DNA of 64,000 nt from an uncultured Gammaproteobacteria bacterium (GCA_963764725.1 CAVXTM010000012.1:160001-224000); one strand, 5' to 3'; positions 10,654 to 20,814 are shown, counted from the stretch's first letter. A program made the numbers and translations. The notes: a model not told the origin generated them from the sequence alone.

Positions 10654-12639
10654 ATGAGGAACAAATCCTGCGCACGTAGTCAAATCCGCGAGACAAAATC
10701 TCGTCTCGCGACCCTATACATCCAGCTGCTCATAATGCTTGTGTCGCAGGTGGCTTTAAACGTTACACAGGTTTATGCGCAACCCCGCCAACCACAAAAA
10801 TATTTGAGAGAGGGCGTAGCGATCGAATTCACGATTGAACCCGTCGCAGCAAGAAAAGGAAGAGTGTCTGAACTATTGGAAGGCACAGAGGCGACGATAC
10901 GGTTCAAAATCACCGACACTAACGCGGGTAGAGCCCTCAGCAACCTTCGTCCTGCGGCGTGGATCGATCAGCGCGAGGCCGAAAGAGCTTCGGATCCAAG
11001 GGCGTGCCGCGAGAAAGTTCAATCGTTTCTGCAACCCAGCTTCAATAAGCGCCCGGACATCGACCTCAATGCCTACTTCATTCTGGCCTTGAATCACGAA
11101 CCCAACATTTCAATCATAGATCCACTCTCGGGTTTCGGGGGGACCAAACTCTATACCCTGGTCCCCTTGTCCGGCGCTGGAGAAGATTGGGTCATGAGCG
11201 CCGACGAAAAAAGGCTCTATGTCTCCATGCCGCTCGTTAATCAAGTCGCCGTGATCGATGCCCTCACCTGGAAACTGATCGCGAACATTGATGCGGGCGT
11301 AAACCCGACGCGCATCGCGTTGCAGAACGATGGGAAATACCTGTGGGTGGGAAACGATGGCCCTGAAGACAAAGACAGCGGGGTCACTGTGATCGATACG
11401 GTAATATTGAAAGTTGCGGCTCAACTCGATACAGGGATGGGACATCATGAAATTGCCTTCACTGGCGATGATCGCTGGGCCTTCATATCTAATAAGCAAA
11501 GCGGAACGCTGTCAGTAATAGACGTGCGCAAGCTCGCCGGGGTCACGGACATTAAGGTCGGCTCGTTGCCTGCTGCATTGGCTTTTTCGCCTCTCAGCAA
11601 GGCGGTTTATGTGGCTAACGAAGGTGATGGAACGATAGTCGCGGTTGACGGGTTGCGTTTCGAGATCTTGGCGCGCATGAAAGCTCAACCCGGACTCCGC
11701 GCTATACGCATCCTGCCGGATGGCCGCTTTGGCTTCGTGGTCAATCGAACGGTCAACACGGTTTACATCTTCGACTTGGCTACGAACCGTCTGGTCCATG
11801 CTGTCCCTGTTGGGCTCGCCCCCGATCAGATTACCTTTACCAGACAATTTGCCTATGTACGCGCCGCTGACAGCGAGTTCGTCACCATGATCAAGATCAC
11901 GGACCTCGGCAAGGAAGCTCAAAAAGTGGCAGTTTCTCGTTTTCCTGCTGGCCAGAGAAGGCCGCAAGAATCGCCCTCCACGTCGCTCGCCGATGCAATC
12001 GTTCCGGCCCCGGAGGAGGGTGCGGTGCTGGTCGCAAATCCTGCCGACAAAATGATTTATTTTTACACTGAAGGCATGGCCGCACCGATGGGTAGTTTTC
12101 AGAATTACCGGCGCCATCCCAAAGCAGTGCTCGTCTTGGATAATAGTTTGCGCGAGACTCCGCCCGGAGTTTATACCACCACTGTCCGGCTCACCGGACC
12201 GGGCCGCTACGACGTGGCATTGCTCCTGGATTCCCCTCGCCTGTTCACCTGTTTCGACCTCACCGTCGCGGAGAATCCCGGCTCGCCGAGGCAAAAAGCG
12301 GTCGCAATCAAGATTGAGCCGCTCTTGGAAGATACGAGCCTTCGTGTTGGTGCACGCTATAACTTACGTTTCAAGGCAAGCGACTCAAATTCCAACCAAC
12401 CGAAGGCGGATCTGAAGGATATGGGTGTACTGGTATTTCTCGCGCCGGGCATCTGGCAGCAACGCGAATGGGCCAAGCCGCTCGGCGATGGTGTTTACGA
12501 AATGAGCTTTTCGCCGCCGCAAGCAGGCGTGTATTATGTCTACTTCCAGTGCCCGTCGCTGGGAGTCCAATTCAACCACATACCACACTTAACTCTGAAC
12601 GCGGCAAAGGGCGACGGCGTCCAGAGCGAAAGCGACTGA
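10654..12639 (+). CDS. secreted YVTN/cytochrome-d1-like beta-propeller protein
   Basis: Signal-like N-terminus and repeated blades (LYVSMP..VAVID, VYVANEGDGTIVAVD). Divergent from the oxidase gene. Confidence 0.8.
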   Translation: MRNKSCARSQIRETKSRLATLYIQLLIMLVSQVALNVTQVYAQPRQPQKYLREGVAIEFTIEPVAARKGRVSELLEGTEATIRFKITDTNAGRALSNLRPAAWIDQREAERASDPRACREKVQSFLQPSFNKRPDIDLNAYFILALNHEPNISIIDPLSGFGGTKLYTLVPLSGAGEDWVMSADEKRLYVSMPLVNQVAVIDALTWKLIANIDAGVNPTRIALQNDGKYLWVGNDGPEDKDSGVTVIDTVILKVAAQLDTGMGHHEIAFTGDDRWAFISNKQSGTLSVIDVRKLAGVTDIKVGSLPAALAFSPLSKAVYVANEGDGTIVAVDGLRFEILARMKAQPGLRAIRILPDGRFGFVVNRTVNTVYIFDLATNRLVHAVPVGLAPDQITFTRQFAYVRAADSEFVTMIKITDLGKEAQKVAVSRFPAGQRRPQESPSTSLADAIVPAPEEGAVLVANPADKMIYFYTEGMAAPMGSFQNYRRHPKAVLVLDNSLRETPPGVYTTTVRLTGPGRYDVALLLDSPRLFTCFDLTVAENPGSPRQKAVAIKIEPLLEDTSLRVGARYNLRFKASDSNSNQPKADLKDMGVLVFLAPGIWQQREWAKPLGDGVYEMSFSPPQAGVYYVYFQCPSLGVQFNHIPHLTLNAAKGDGVQSESD

Positions 12640-12715
12640 GCCTTAAAGCCATTCCACGGGCCGAGGAGAGCCACCGCAACGCGAACTCACTGCCTAGCCT
12701 AGCATCCGTGACGGA

Positions 12716-13285
12716 TTATTCGCGGTTCGCAGCATCCGTGATCACTTTTACCAGTGTAGCCGGTGGTGTGAGGCCGTAAGCTCTGGTCCAATAGCCGGTC
12801 ATATCATTACCGATAAGGATCATAGGCGTATGGTCGTTCTTGTCGCCGACCGCGGCTCCGAGCGCTTGCAGTAACGATTCAATCTCGGCTTTGTTGCCGG
12901 TCACAAATGTCCATCCCGGTCCAGCCTTAAACTTTGCGGCAAAGTCACGCAGCCTTTCGGGAGTGTCGGTAGTAGGATCGACGCTGACAGAAATCAACCG
13001 TACCTCGAGTCCGATGCGTTCCCCCAGGTCCTGCTGGAGCTTACGAAACATTGCGGTCAAAGGAGGGCAGATGGTAGTGCAAGTGGTAAAAATAAAGTTG
13101 ATGGCAACCGTCTTGCCTTTGATCAAATCGGTATAAAAACTAAGCCGCTTGCCATTCTGATCGTAGACTGCGGTATCCGGGATCCGCAGTGATGAGATAG
13201 AACCTGTATTCGCCGTCACTGGTCCCGCCGTGCTACCTGACGCCGACATCAATGCAAACAGCATCACCGGTACTTTGATCGGCAT
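12716..13285 (-). CDS. SCO1/SenC family copper chaperone
   Basis: FIFTTCTTICP (CxxxC), SVSVDPTTDTPERL and the conserved His in DHTP. The original 5' end is probably at GTG 13447 (see findings). Confidence 0.9.
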   Translation of the reverse strand: MPIKVPVMLFALMSASGSTAGPVTANTGSISSLRIPDTAVYDQNGKRLSFYTDLIKGKTVAINFIFTTCTTICPPLTAMFRKLQQDLGERIGLEVRLISVSVDPTTDTPERLRDFAAKFKAGPGWTFVTGNKAEIESLLQALGAAVGDKNDHTPMILIGNDMTGYWTRAYGLTPPATLVKVITDAANRE

Positions 13286-13293
13286 TGATTCTG

Positions 13294-13410
13294 AATACCC
13301 CGCCGTTTACGGCGGGTACCTTAGCATTGGGGTTTCCAAAGGGGAGTAGTGTAACTCTTCCCTTTGGTCAAGGGCGGGGTGCATACCCCGCCCGCGAAGT
13401 ATAATTGATT
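13294..13410. repeat. three-hairpin dispersed repeat, copy A
   Basis: CCCGCCG-TTTA-CGGCGGG / TAGCATTGGGGTTTCCAAAGGGGA...TTCCCTTTGG / GGGCGGGGT-GCAT-ACCCCGCCC / ATAATTGATT. Homologous to copies at 28.3, 54.6 and 61.4 kb. Confidence 0.9.
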
Positions 13411-13448
13411 TCGTCTGCGCGATCGTCTGGAGCCGTTCGTAGCCCACC

Positions 13449-15068
13449 TCAATCGCTGTCGATCCAACCGCTCGCGGGCAGGAACTGTTTCGTTTCCAGG
13501 TCTATGGTAACCACGTATGCACCCATCGCCCCGATGCGACGATTGATCCCATAAGTGACTGCTGGCGTCACCCCCGTGGGATACTCATAAAGTCCTTCAA
13601 GAGCCTGTATCAGCTTTTCCCGGCTCAAGTCTTTACCAGCCCGTTTCAAACCCTCAATCAATATCCTCGCGGCACCATACGCTGAACGTTGCACGGCCAA
13701 ATGATGCGCAGGCAGCTTGTGTTTTGTCGCGAGGTCGCGAAATTCTTCGATTCCATCGGCAGTTTGGTCGTCGGGCGATGAAGGAACGGAGAAGAATATT
13801 TTCTGGGCGAAGCTTGGAGGAGCACCAAGAATTTCATTTCCCGCAACTACTCCAGGCAAGTAAAAAGTAGGCAACCAACGCAGCTCATTAGCCTCTTGCA
13901 TTAGTGCTATGGCTTCTCTGCCCGTACCTAAGAAGAAAATGACACTCTTGTTGGTCTGTTTCAACTTTGCGACGAAGCCTGGGACATCAGCATCCGCGTG
14001 CGGATAGCCGTAAGTTTCGGGTGGACCACAGCCGCTCTTTTGACATTGATCCGTGATGGCTTCGAGCACACCCTTAGCCATTTCGTCGTCAGAATAGACA
14101 ATGAGCACGCCAGCTCGCTTATCGGGCATTCTCTGACAAGCGAAGTTGACAAGCGCGCGAGCTTGTCCGTCCACTCCTGACAGAATATAGAAGACGTGAC
14201 GATTCAAAGGAAAGCCGCCCTGCGGATAGAGAGTGAGTGGACCCACCAACGGCACTTCCAAATTGTCCATAAGCGCGGCGAGTTCCTTATCAGCACCCGC
14301 GGTAAAAGCGCTCGTCATTGCGAAGACCTGTTCGTTCTGAATGAAACGCTTGACGATCGCGCTGGTTGTTATGGGCGTATCGGCGGTCTCGTTGATTTTC
14401 AATTCGATTTTGCGATTGTAGATTCCGCCCCGGCTATTCAATTCTTCAAAGAAAGCCGTCGTCACCGCTTTGATGGCCTGGCCGATGCCGGCCAAGTCGG
14501 CTCTAGCCGGAATAGTAGTTCCGATCGTGATGCTGTTCTCGGTCAGTCCAGGATCGCGGTCTTTGCCAAGTCGCTTCAGATATGCAACGAGATCTCCCAG
14601 GTCCTCTTGTGAGAGTTGGTAGTGGGGCATGACATTGAGCAGTTTGTTGCCTGCCGGATCAACACCGCGCGTAATTGCCAGTCCAAGCGTGCGGTCGGTA
14701 TAAGGTGGATGCGTGCGTCCCCCTGGACGAGTAACTCCATACGGCTTTGTTAGCGCTTCCCAGGTAAGATTTGAGGGAACGACGCCACCCTCGGGCTTAC
14801 CTCGTCCATCGAGTCCATGGCAGTTCGCGCAGGGCATCGTCCCGCCCGGCACTTCTAATGATGATTCGCCCAAATAAGCCAGAATCTTGCGTCCACCGGG
14901 ACTGGTGCCGTGTACATAGATCTGTTTGCCGGACTTCTCCTGAGCTGTCAAAAGATCTTGTGCTACCCCACCCGCAAAGACAAAATCGCCAAATGAACCG
15001 GGGAGGATGAGGCCAGCAACAATAGCTGGACCGATGATGGATGCCTGACTTTTGGTGGTGCGTGCCAT
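13449..15068 (-). CDS. cytochrome c domain fused to a branched-chain-type ABC substrate-binding domain
   Basis: Heme motif CANCH with distal Met (NVMP), followed by an LBP-like domain (ELNSRGGIYNRKIEL). Start chosen at ATG 15068; the ORF extends to 15146. Confidence 0.8.
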   Translation of the reverse strand: MARTTKSQASIIGPAIVAGLILPGSFGDFVFAGGVAQDLLTAQEKSGKQIYVHGTSPGGRKILAYLGESSLEVPGGTMPCANCHGLDGRGKPEGGVVPSNLTWEALTKPYGVTRPGGRTHPPYTDRTLGLAITRGVDPAGNKLLNVMPHYQLSQEDLGDLVAYLKRLGKDRDPGLTENSITIGTTIPARADLAGIGQAIKAVTTAFFEELNSRGGIYNRKIELKINETADTPITTSAIVKRFIQNEQVFAMTSAFTAGADKELAALMDNLEVPLVGPLTLYPQGGFPLNRHVFYILSGVDGQARALVNFACQRMPDKRAGVLIVYSDDEMAKGVLEAITDQCQKSGCGPPETYGYPHADADVPGFVAKLKQTNKSVIFFLGTGREAIALMQEANELRWLPTFYLPGVVAGNEILGAPPSFAQKIFFSVPSSPDDQTADGIEEFRDLATKHKLPAHHLAVQRSAYGAARILIEGLKRAGKDLSREKLIQALEGLYEYPTGVTPAVTYGINRRIGAMGAYVVTIDLETKQFLPASGWIDSD

Positions 15069-15206
15069 GTCATGCTCGGGCCAGCTTACGTCAAAAAAAA
15101 TGGCACTGGGATAGGCCGACTTCTCTTGTACTGCGTCAAACCGCACTGCGACGAGCGAGCACGCGACAAAGCAGATGGGCTGCGCAGTAACTTTTGCAGA
15201 GCTTCC

Positions 15207-16841
15207 TTAGAACGAACCTTCAACCACTCCTACGAGAGCGTTCATACGCTGCCGAACGAGGCTCTGGATTTTCCGGGCCAGGCTAAGAAAGGCTTCCGGA
15301 TCAACCCCGGTTGGCTCTTCGAGATCCGCGTCCGGCTGCAGGCAGCACACCTTCGCTGCGGCCCAAGGGAACCTCTTGATTGCCATCTGCTGCTGTTGTT
15401 TCGTCATGCAAAAGATGGTTTCAGCTTTAGCGGCAAGTTCGGTGCTTAGGTTTTGCGAACGATGTTCGAAGGCGGGCACCCCTAACTGTCCCAGCGCTCG
15501 CTTCGCTCCAGTGGTCATCGGCGCGCCGGGCTCTGCCGACAAGCCAGCGCTCAAGGCCTTTACTCCGCTGACGCCCAGTGCTTCGGGCGGCACCTTCAGC
15601 AGCCGGGCGATCTCGGCGTTGCAGATCGCCTGCGCCATTGGCGAGCGGCTGGTATTCCCGCGGCAGACGAAGACAAACAGACGCTGCAAGGCATTGGGAT
15701 GTCTTGTGTGAACCAAATGACAAGAATGAGTTCGGATAACCATCCACACCTCAGCGGAAGCTTGAAGCCCGGCTGATGACATGGAGCCGGGGGGTAGATG
15801 GACCCGGAACTCAGCGCCGCAGTCCACTCGAGCTTCAATCTTTGGGCCGCTGCGATCGAGTCGCTTCACCCGCCCACTAATCACGTTGCCGACGCCGACC
15901 ATCTCGGGGCGCGCGGACGCGAGCAGGATATCGCCGGCCCGTATGCCGAGGCGGACTTCTGCCCCTGGCGCAACCCTTGTCGGCGGAGCCTCAAGCTCGA
16001 TAGAGCTGCCGGCTATACGGCAGGTCATAGTGCCTTTCTGCTCTTGGACCCCAACCACCGTCGCGTTAAAAAGGTTTTCGAAGCCGGCAAACTGTGCCAT
16101 GGTTTCGTGGCGCGGTGCGGACACCACGTCAAGAGGTGGCCCTTCCGCCACAATCCGCCCCTGGTCGAGGGCAACCACGCGCTCTCCCAGGGCAAAGACT
16201 TCCTCATGATCATGGGTGACGTAGAGTATGGGGATCCGCCGTGCTTCGTTCCATCTGCGCATGTCATCGATGATCCCGGTCTTGGTGCGAACGTCCAATG
16301 AGGACAGCGGCTCATCCAGGAGCAACACACAGGGTTCTGGGACCAGAGAACGCGCCAGTGCAACCCGCTGTTGTTCGCCTCCAGAAATCTCGCGCGGCAG
16401 CCGCTTGCGAAGGTGCGCAATCTGAAACGATTCCAGGATATTGGCCATTCGCCGTTCGCGCTCTAGTGCATCCAGGCGGCGGAGGCCGTAGGCGACATTC
16501 TCGCGTACGTTTAAGTGAGGAAAGAGCGCAAGGTTTTGGAACACAAAGCCGACTCCGCGTTGCGCCGGCCCGACGCTTATTCGCTGTCCCGCGTCGAAGA
16601 GCACCCGCTCCCCGATGGCGATGCGGCCCTGCTCCGGATCGGACAAGCCGGCGATGCAGCGCAGAAGCGTCGACTTTCCTGCCCCCGACGGGCCGAGAAG
16701 GATGGTGATCCCCGGCAAGACCTTGAATTCCGTTTCAAGCTGGAAACCGGAATCGTTGCATGTCGCATAGCACTTGCGCACGCGGACGTCGAGTGCACCG
16801 CTTGCTCCCGTTCGTTGCTGGGACTCTGCTACGGAACTCAT
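15207..16841 (-). CDS. modC: molybdate/tungstate ABC ATPase (ModC-like, with TOBE domains) fused to a C-terminal LMW-PTP/ArsC-like domain
   Basis: Walker A GPSGAGKS, ISGGEQQR, LLLDEP and VTHD, then FVCRGNTSRSPMAQ (CX5R), SAGL and CMT. Confidence 0.8.
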   Translation of the reverse strand: MSSVAESQQRTGASGALDVRVRKCYATCNDSGFQLETEFKVLPGITILLGPSGAGKSTLLRCIAGLSDPEQGRIAIGERVLFDAGQRISVGPAQRGVGFVFQNLALFPHLNVRENVAYGLRRLDALERERRMANILESFQIAHLRKRLPREISGGEQQRVALARSLVPEPCVLLLDEPLSSLDVRTKTGIIDDMRRWNEARRIPILYVTHDHEEVFALGERVVALDQGRIVAEGPPLDVVSAPRHETMAQFAGFENLFNATVVGVQEQKGTMTCRIAGSSIELEAPPTRVAPGAEVRLGIRAGDILLASARPEMVGVGNVISGRVKRLDRSGPKIEARVDCGAEFRVHLPPGSMSSAGLQASAEVWMVIRTHSCHLVHTRHPNALQRLFVFVCRGNTSRSPMAQAICNAEIARLLKVPPEALGVSGVKALSAGLSAEPGAPMTTGAKRALGQLGVPAFEHRSQNLSTELAAKAETIFCMTKQQQQMAIKRFPWAAAKVCCLQPDADLEEPTGVDPEAFLSLARKIQSLVRQRMNALVGVVEGSF

Positions 16842-16842
16842 G

Positions 16843-17667
16843 CTAACCTTCGTGCGGTCTTACCCCGAGAGGTGTCACAACGTACGCATGACCTGTAAGG
16901 CGACTGAGAAACATGGAAACCGCCACCACCGCCCCGGCCGCCAGTACCAGCCAGAAGGCTACGGGCATGGCCCCGGCGAGGCCATCCGATTCGAACTTCA
17001 CCCACATGTACACCGGCAGCGAGTGTGGGTTGTAAGCCATAATGAGTGTGGCCCCGAATTCGCCTAGCGCCCGGATCCACGCGAGCGTAATCCCCGCTGC
17101 AATCCCGGGCCAAGCCAACGGCAGAGAGATCCGCCGGAAAATTTGCCAGCGCGAATCGCCCAAGGTGGCTGCTGCCTGCTCCAGTTTGGGGTCCACGCTG
17201 GCGAATCCCGCGAGCGCGGAGATCACGACGAACGGCGAGGCTACAAAAAGCTGGGCCAAAACAATGCCTGCGATATTGTTGGTCAACTCGATGTTCCTGG
17301 CATCCAGCGGCTGGCCGATCATTCCGTACGGGCCGAACATCTGCAACAGCAGAATTCCGCCAGCCAGGCCCGGCACGACCATTGGCAGAAACACCAGGCT
17401 GATCCAAAGCCTCCTGAAAGGCAAGTTGGCCCGAGCCAGCAGGTAGCCGAGTGGCACGCCCAAGAAGGTCATAATGAGCGTGGAGATGACAGAGGCGGTT
17501 ACAGAAATCTTCAATGCTTGGCGGGCGTCCGGTTGTGTCAACGCGCTCATCCAGACTGACCAGTCGGCATGCAGCAGCAGGTTCATGATCGGCAGCACGA
17601 GATCGAGCAGGAGCAGGCTGCCTAGCAGTCCGAAGGCTATAAACGTCGGGTTCAGGTGTCGGCTCAT
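16843..17667 (-). CDS. modB: molybdate/tungstate ABC permease
   Basis: Multi-TM, EAA-like LEQAAATLG loop and RALGEFGAT. Confidence 0.8.
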   Translation of the reverse strand: MSRHLNPTFIAFGLLGSLLLLDLVLPIMNLLLHADWSVWMSALTQPDARQALKISVTASVISTLIMTFLGVPLGYLLARANLPFRRLWISLVFLPMVVPGLAGGILLLQMFGPYGMIGQPLDARNIELTNNIAGIVLAQLFVASPFVVISALAGFASVDPKLEQAAATLGDSRWQIFRRISLPLAWPGIAAGITLAWIRALGEFGATLIMAYNPHSLPVYMWVKFESDGLAGAMPVAFWLVLAAGAVVAVSMFLSRLTGHAYVVTPLGVRPHEG

Positions 17668-18647
17668 GGTTTGAATGTCCCTGAGACGAATTCGCGCAGC
17701 CCCGCCGGAACCTGCATTGTGTCTCCGCCGACCTGATGGTCCACGTTCCCGAATCCGAACTGCTTGAGTAAATCGTCCGCGGAAAGCAGGAAACGCACGA
17801 ACTCCAGGGCAGCCTCGCGGTGACGTACCGTCTCTGGAATTGTTATGGTGAAAAGGATGGGCGCGCCGCTGACCTGCACACCGGACGAAGTGGTGTAGGT
17901 TTGTCGTGCATAACGGGCGGCAAAGCGGGAATCACCTAGGCTGATCTCGGGCGGGAGACTGATGTAAGGCAACTTACGCGGCACAACCTCATGCTTGTAA
18001 AAAACTCCGGCATCAAACTGGCCGGATTCCACTTGGACCATCAGTACGATCTCAGGGAACACCTGGGCCGGGTTGCGGGGATCGCCCAATAAACCGGCTA
18101 GCTCCGGGCGACGGTAGTGCTGACCGGCCAGACCAAACATGAAAAGCGTCCTGTACCCCTTGGGGTCGATGCTTGGATCTCCCCGGCCAAAGCGTACACC
18201 CGGCGTCTCCAGGACCTCATACCACGGGATCCGGTTGGCTTCTGCTGCCTCAAATTTTGCCGCGAATTTGCTGCGCGGGTTGTAGCCGACCACGAGCTGC
18301 GAAGATGCTAGAACCATAAACCACTTTACCATGCTCCCATTTTTCGGGCCCATCAGCACGCTTTCATTCACCGCTGGATCTGCGCTGATGAAAACATCGG
18401 GCGTTCTCAGCCGACCGCGGATCATCTGCGCCGCGCCCAAAGATCCTTGCGCCTCACCCTGGTAGCCGTAGCCAGTGGCCTTGACAAAGGCCGGGCCGAC
18501 ACCGTTTTCCATGACTGCCGCCAGCGAACCCGCATAAAGGACGGAAACCGTGCGGTCCTGAGGACTGGCGGAGGCCGAAACGAAAGGCCAGACAAGCAAC
18601 ACGGCACAGAGGATTGCCACGGTTCGCTCACGCTTTGTACTGATCAT
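17664..18647 (-). CDS. molybdate/tungstate-type substrate-binding protein (ModA/WtpA-like)
   Basis: Signal peptide, YAGSL, DVFISAD and DPKGY. Overlaps the permease start (ATGA). Confidence 0.75.
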   Translation of the reverse strand: MISTKRERTVAILCAVLLVWPFVSASASPQDRTVSVLYAGSLAAVMENGVGPAFVKATGYGYQGEAQGSLGAAQMIRGRLRTPDVFISADPAVNESVLMGPKNGSMVKWFMVLASSQLVVGYNPRSKFAAKFEAAEANRIPWYEVLETPGVRFGRGDPSIDPKGYRTLFMFGLAGQHYRRPELAGLLGDPRNPAQVFPEIVLMVQVESGQFDAGVFYKHEVVPRKLPYISLPPEISLGDSRFAARYARQTYTTSSGVQVSGAPILFTITIPETVRHREAALEFVRFLLSADDLLKQFGFGNVDHQVGGDTMQVPAGLREFVSGTFKP

Positions 18648-18704
18648 AATCTCCCCACAAGAAATTCCAGATGACCAAGCCGCAGCGGCACGTTACCTTC
18701 AGGG

Positions 18705-19916
18705 TCACGGTTTATGAAACGATGGATCATGTTGCTGGCCCAGCAAGGATTTTCCAATCGTCGCTAGAAGGTGATCGTCATTGTCATGACGGACATAGAA
18801 CGAAAGGTCCCGGTAAATCCGTTCCAGCGGACTGGGGCGGTTCAAGCTGCGCGCGCCGCATGCCCTGATGCACCGTTTCACCGCCTCTTCCGCCAGATGT
18901 TCCATGGTATGTCGGACACGGCTACCTGCCATCTGCGCCTCGGCGTGCCGTCCTGTTTCCCACATGCGCGCTACGTGGTAAAGCCACAAATATCCTGCTT
19001 CTACGTTGATTGCGCTCTGGGCGATGTGCTGCTGGATGTATGGATCTGCCCCTTTGGACTGGGAAGTTACGTATTCGATAGCAAACTCGTAGGCTGCTTC
19101 TGCTGCTCCTAGAAAGGTTGCGGCATAATGGGGAATGAAGCAGGTTTGCCAGCCATCGAGAAGATACTGGCCGGGGCGCCCGATCAGGTTACCGTCCGGG
19201 ACAAACGTACGATTGAACCGTACCACATGGCTTGCAGTTGCCCGCATGCCGATGGGATCCCACCAGGAGAGATCAATGCTCACCGACGGATCGGAAAGAT
19301 CGCACGCGAGCAAAAGTTGAGACGCAACCGCGCCGGTGCTATGTCTTGCCCCCCCCGGACCGGCCGTGCTCACTAGCAGGATGGCCCAGTGCGCGCCACC
19401 CGCGCTGGTGGCAAATGCCTTGCTTCCATCAACAACGTAGCCGCCCTCAACCTTGGTTGTCGTAGTTCCAAATTGCAACCTTTCTGAAGACGCTCGTGCC
19501 TGTGGTTCGCCGCACCAGGCAACCCATATTTCGCCCCGGCGCACGACACCATTGAACCAGCGTTCCTTTTGTTCATGCGTCCCCATGCCGTCAATCAAGA
19601 CCAGCGAATTGGCATGACCTTCCCAGCAGCGCGCCAGCGAAAGATCGGCTTTCGCGATTTCTTTGGTCATCAGCCAGAGCGTAAAGACATCTCCACGGTA
19701 AGGGCCAAGTCCCAGGCCGCCGTATTCAGACGGCACCACCGGGGCGAGCAATCCTGCGCGAAAAAGATCGGTGAAATCCTCCGCCGGAAAAACGGCTTCG
19801 TGATCGTAGACGCGCGCGCGAGGTGCGAAGTTAAGGCGCGCCAGGTCGCGCACAGCCTTCATGAGTTTTTGCTGCGTCGAGCTGAGTTCAATGGGTATCA
19901 CAAAATTGGGTTCCAT
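18705..19916 (-). CDS. acyl-CoA dehydrogenase family flavoprotein
   Basis: VPSEYGGLG, DGSKAFATS, WDPIGMRATAS and LERIYRD. Confidence 0.85.
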   Translation of the reverse strand: MEPNFVIPIELSSTQQKLMKAVRDLARLNFAPRARVYDHEAVFPAEDFTDLFRAGLLAPVVPSEYGGLGLGPYRGDVFTLWLMTKEIAKADLSLARCWEGHANSLVLIDGMGTHEQKERWFNGVVRRGEIWVAWCGEPQARASSERLQFGTTTTKVEGGYVVDGSKAFATSAGGAHWAILLVSTAGPGGARHSTGAVASQLLLACDLSDPSVSIDLSWWDPIGMRATASHVVRFNRTFVPDGNLIGRPGQYLLDGWQTCFIPHYAATFLGAAEAAYEFAIEYVTSQSKGADPYIQQHIAQSAINVEAGYLWLYHVARMWETGRHAEAQMAGSRVRHTMEHLAEEAVKRCIRACGARSLNRPSPLERIYRDLSFYVRHDNDDHLLATIGKSLLGQQHDPSFHKP

Positions 19917-20409
19917 CTCAGGAGCTGCGTTCTAGGCCTCGTGCACGTGTAGTTGTTCTGCCTGCAATCGGGTGTTGATGGAAAAACCCGACACCGCAAT
20001 CTCACGTCCTGTGGTTGGCCGGCATCGCTTTACCGACCATCATCTGAAACTGCTGAACCTGAGTCAAAAAACCTTATAGCCGTCCATGGCGAAATAGACA
20101 ACCACTGTATCGCGGCTCAGTGAAACGATGGCGAAGGGCAGGCCTTCATCCTCCCGTGCAACCAAGAATAAGAGATCCAATGGGTTTTCTCAACGGCCCC
20201 TCGTGTCAGCATAGTTATCGCCTCTTTATGCATCATGAGCATAAGGGATGCGGGATATGAACCTCACATTTGAACTCCGAGGAAAGAAATTGACCCCAGG
20301 TTGCCACTACTGTTGCCAGCGCGACTTGCCGCCCTTCGCTACGCCAGGCGGCCGCAAGCTCCAACAGATCCAGTTCATGCGGCATAGGGGTCCTCCCGGC
20401 AAATATGCC

Positions 20410-20691
20410 TCAAGACGTTACTTCTACGCCCTTCCAGAACGCCACGTAACCCGTGATTTTCGCCGCCGCTTGTTTCGGCTCCGGGTAGTACCACGCCGCT
20501 TCCTTGTTCACCGCGCCATTGACCACCACGTCGTAATAACTCGCCACCCCTTTCCACGGGCACACGGTATGGGCATCGGTCGGGCGTAAATATTCCGGTT
20601 TGATCGAATCAGGCGGAAAATAGGTATTACCTTCCACTGTCTCTACACGGTCGCTCTCCGCTAGCACCGTCCCTTTCCAAATAGCTTTCAT
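20410..20691 (-). CDS. DUF427 domain protein
   Basis: MKAIWKGTVLAES...VEGNTYFP...CPWKGVASYY...AAWYYPEP. ATG 20691 follows GAGGA. Confidence 0.85.
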   Translation of the reverse strand: MKAIWKGTVLAESDRVETVEGNTYFPPDSIKPEYLRPTDAHTVCPWKGVASYYDVVVNGAVNKEAAWYYPEPKQAAAKITGYVAFWKGVEVTS

Positions 20692-20814
20692 TGTGATGTC
20701 CTCATCAGTCGAATAAAACGCTGGTTGGAGCTCATCCAACCTTATCAGCAGCAGGTCTGCAAGCACCCACCGCAACGACCGGAAAAGCCCGCGCAGATCC
20801 CGATCACAGTTGCC

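Noticed and set aside
20181-20199. GGGTTTTCTCAACGGCCC as an IS terminal repeat at an island boundary
   Set aside because: It resembles IS ends, but I found no partner repeat or transposase, so it is too weak to call.
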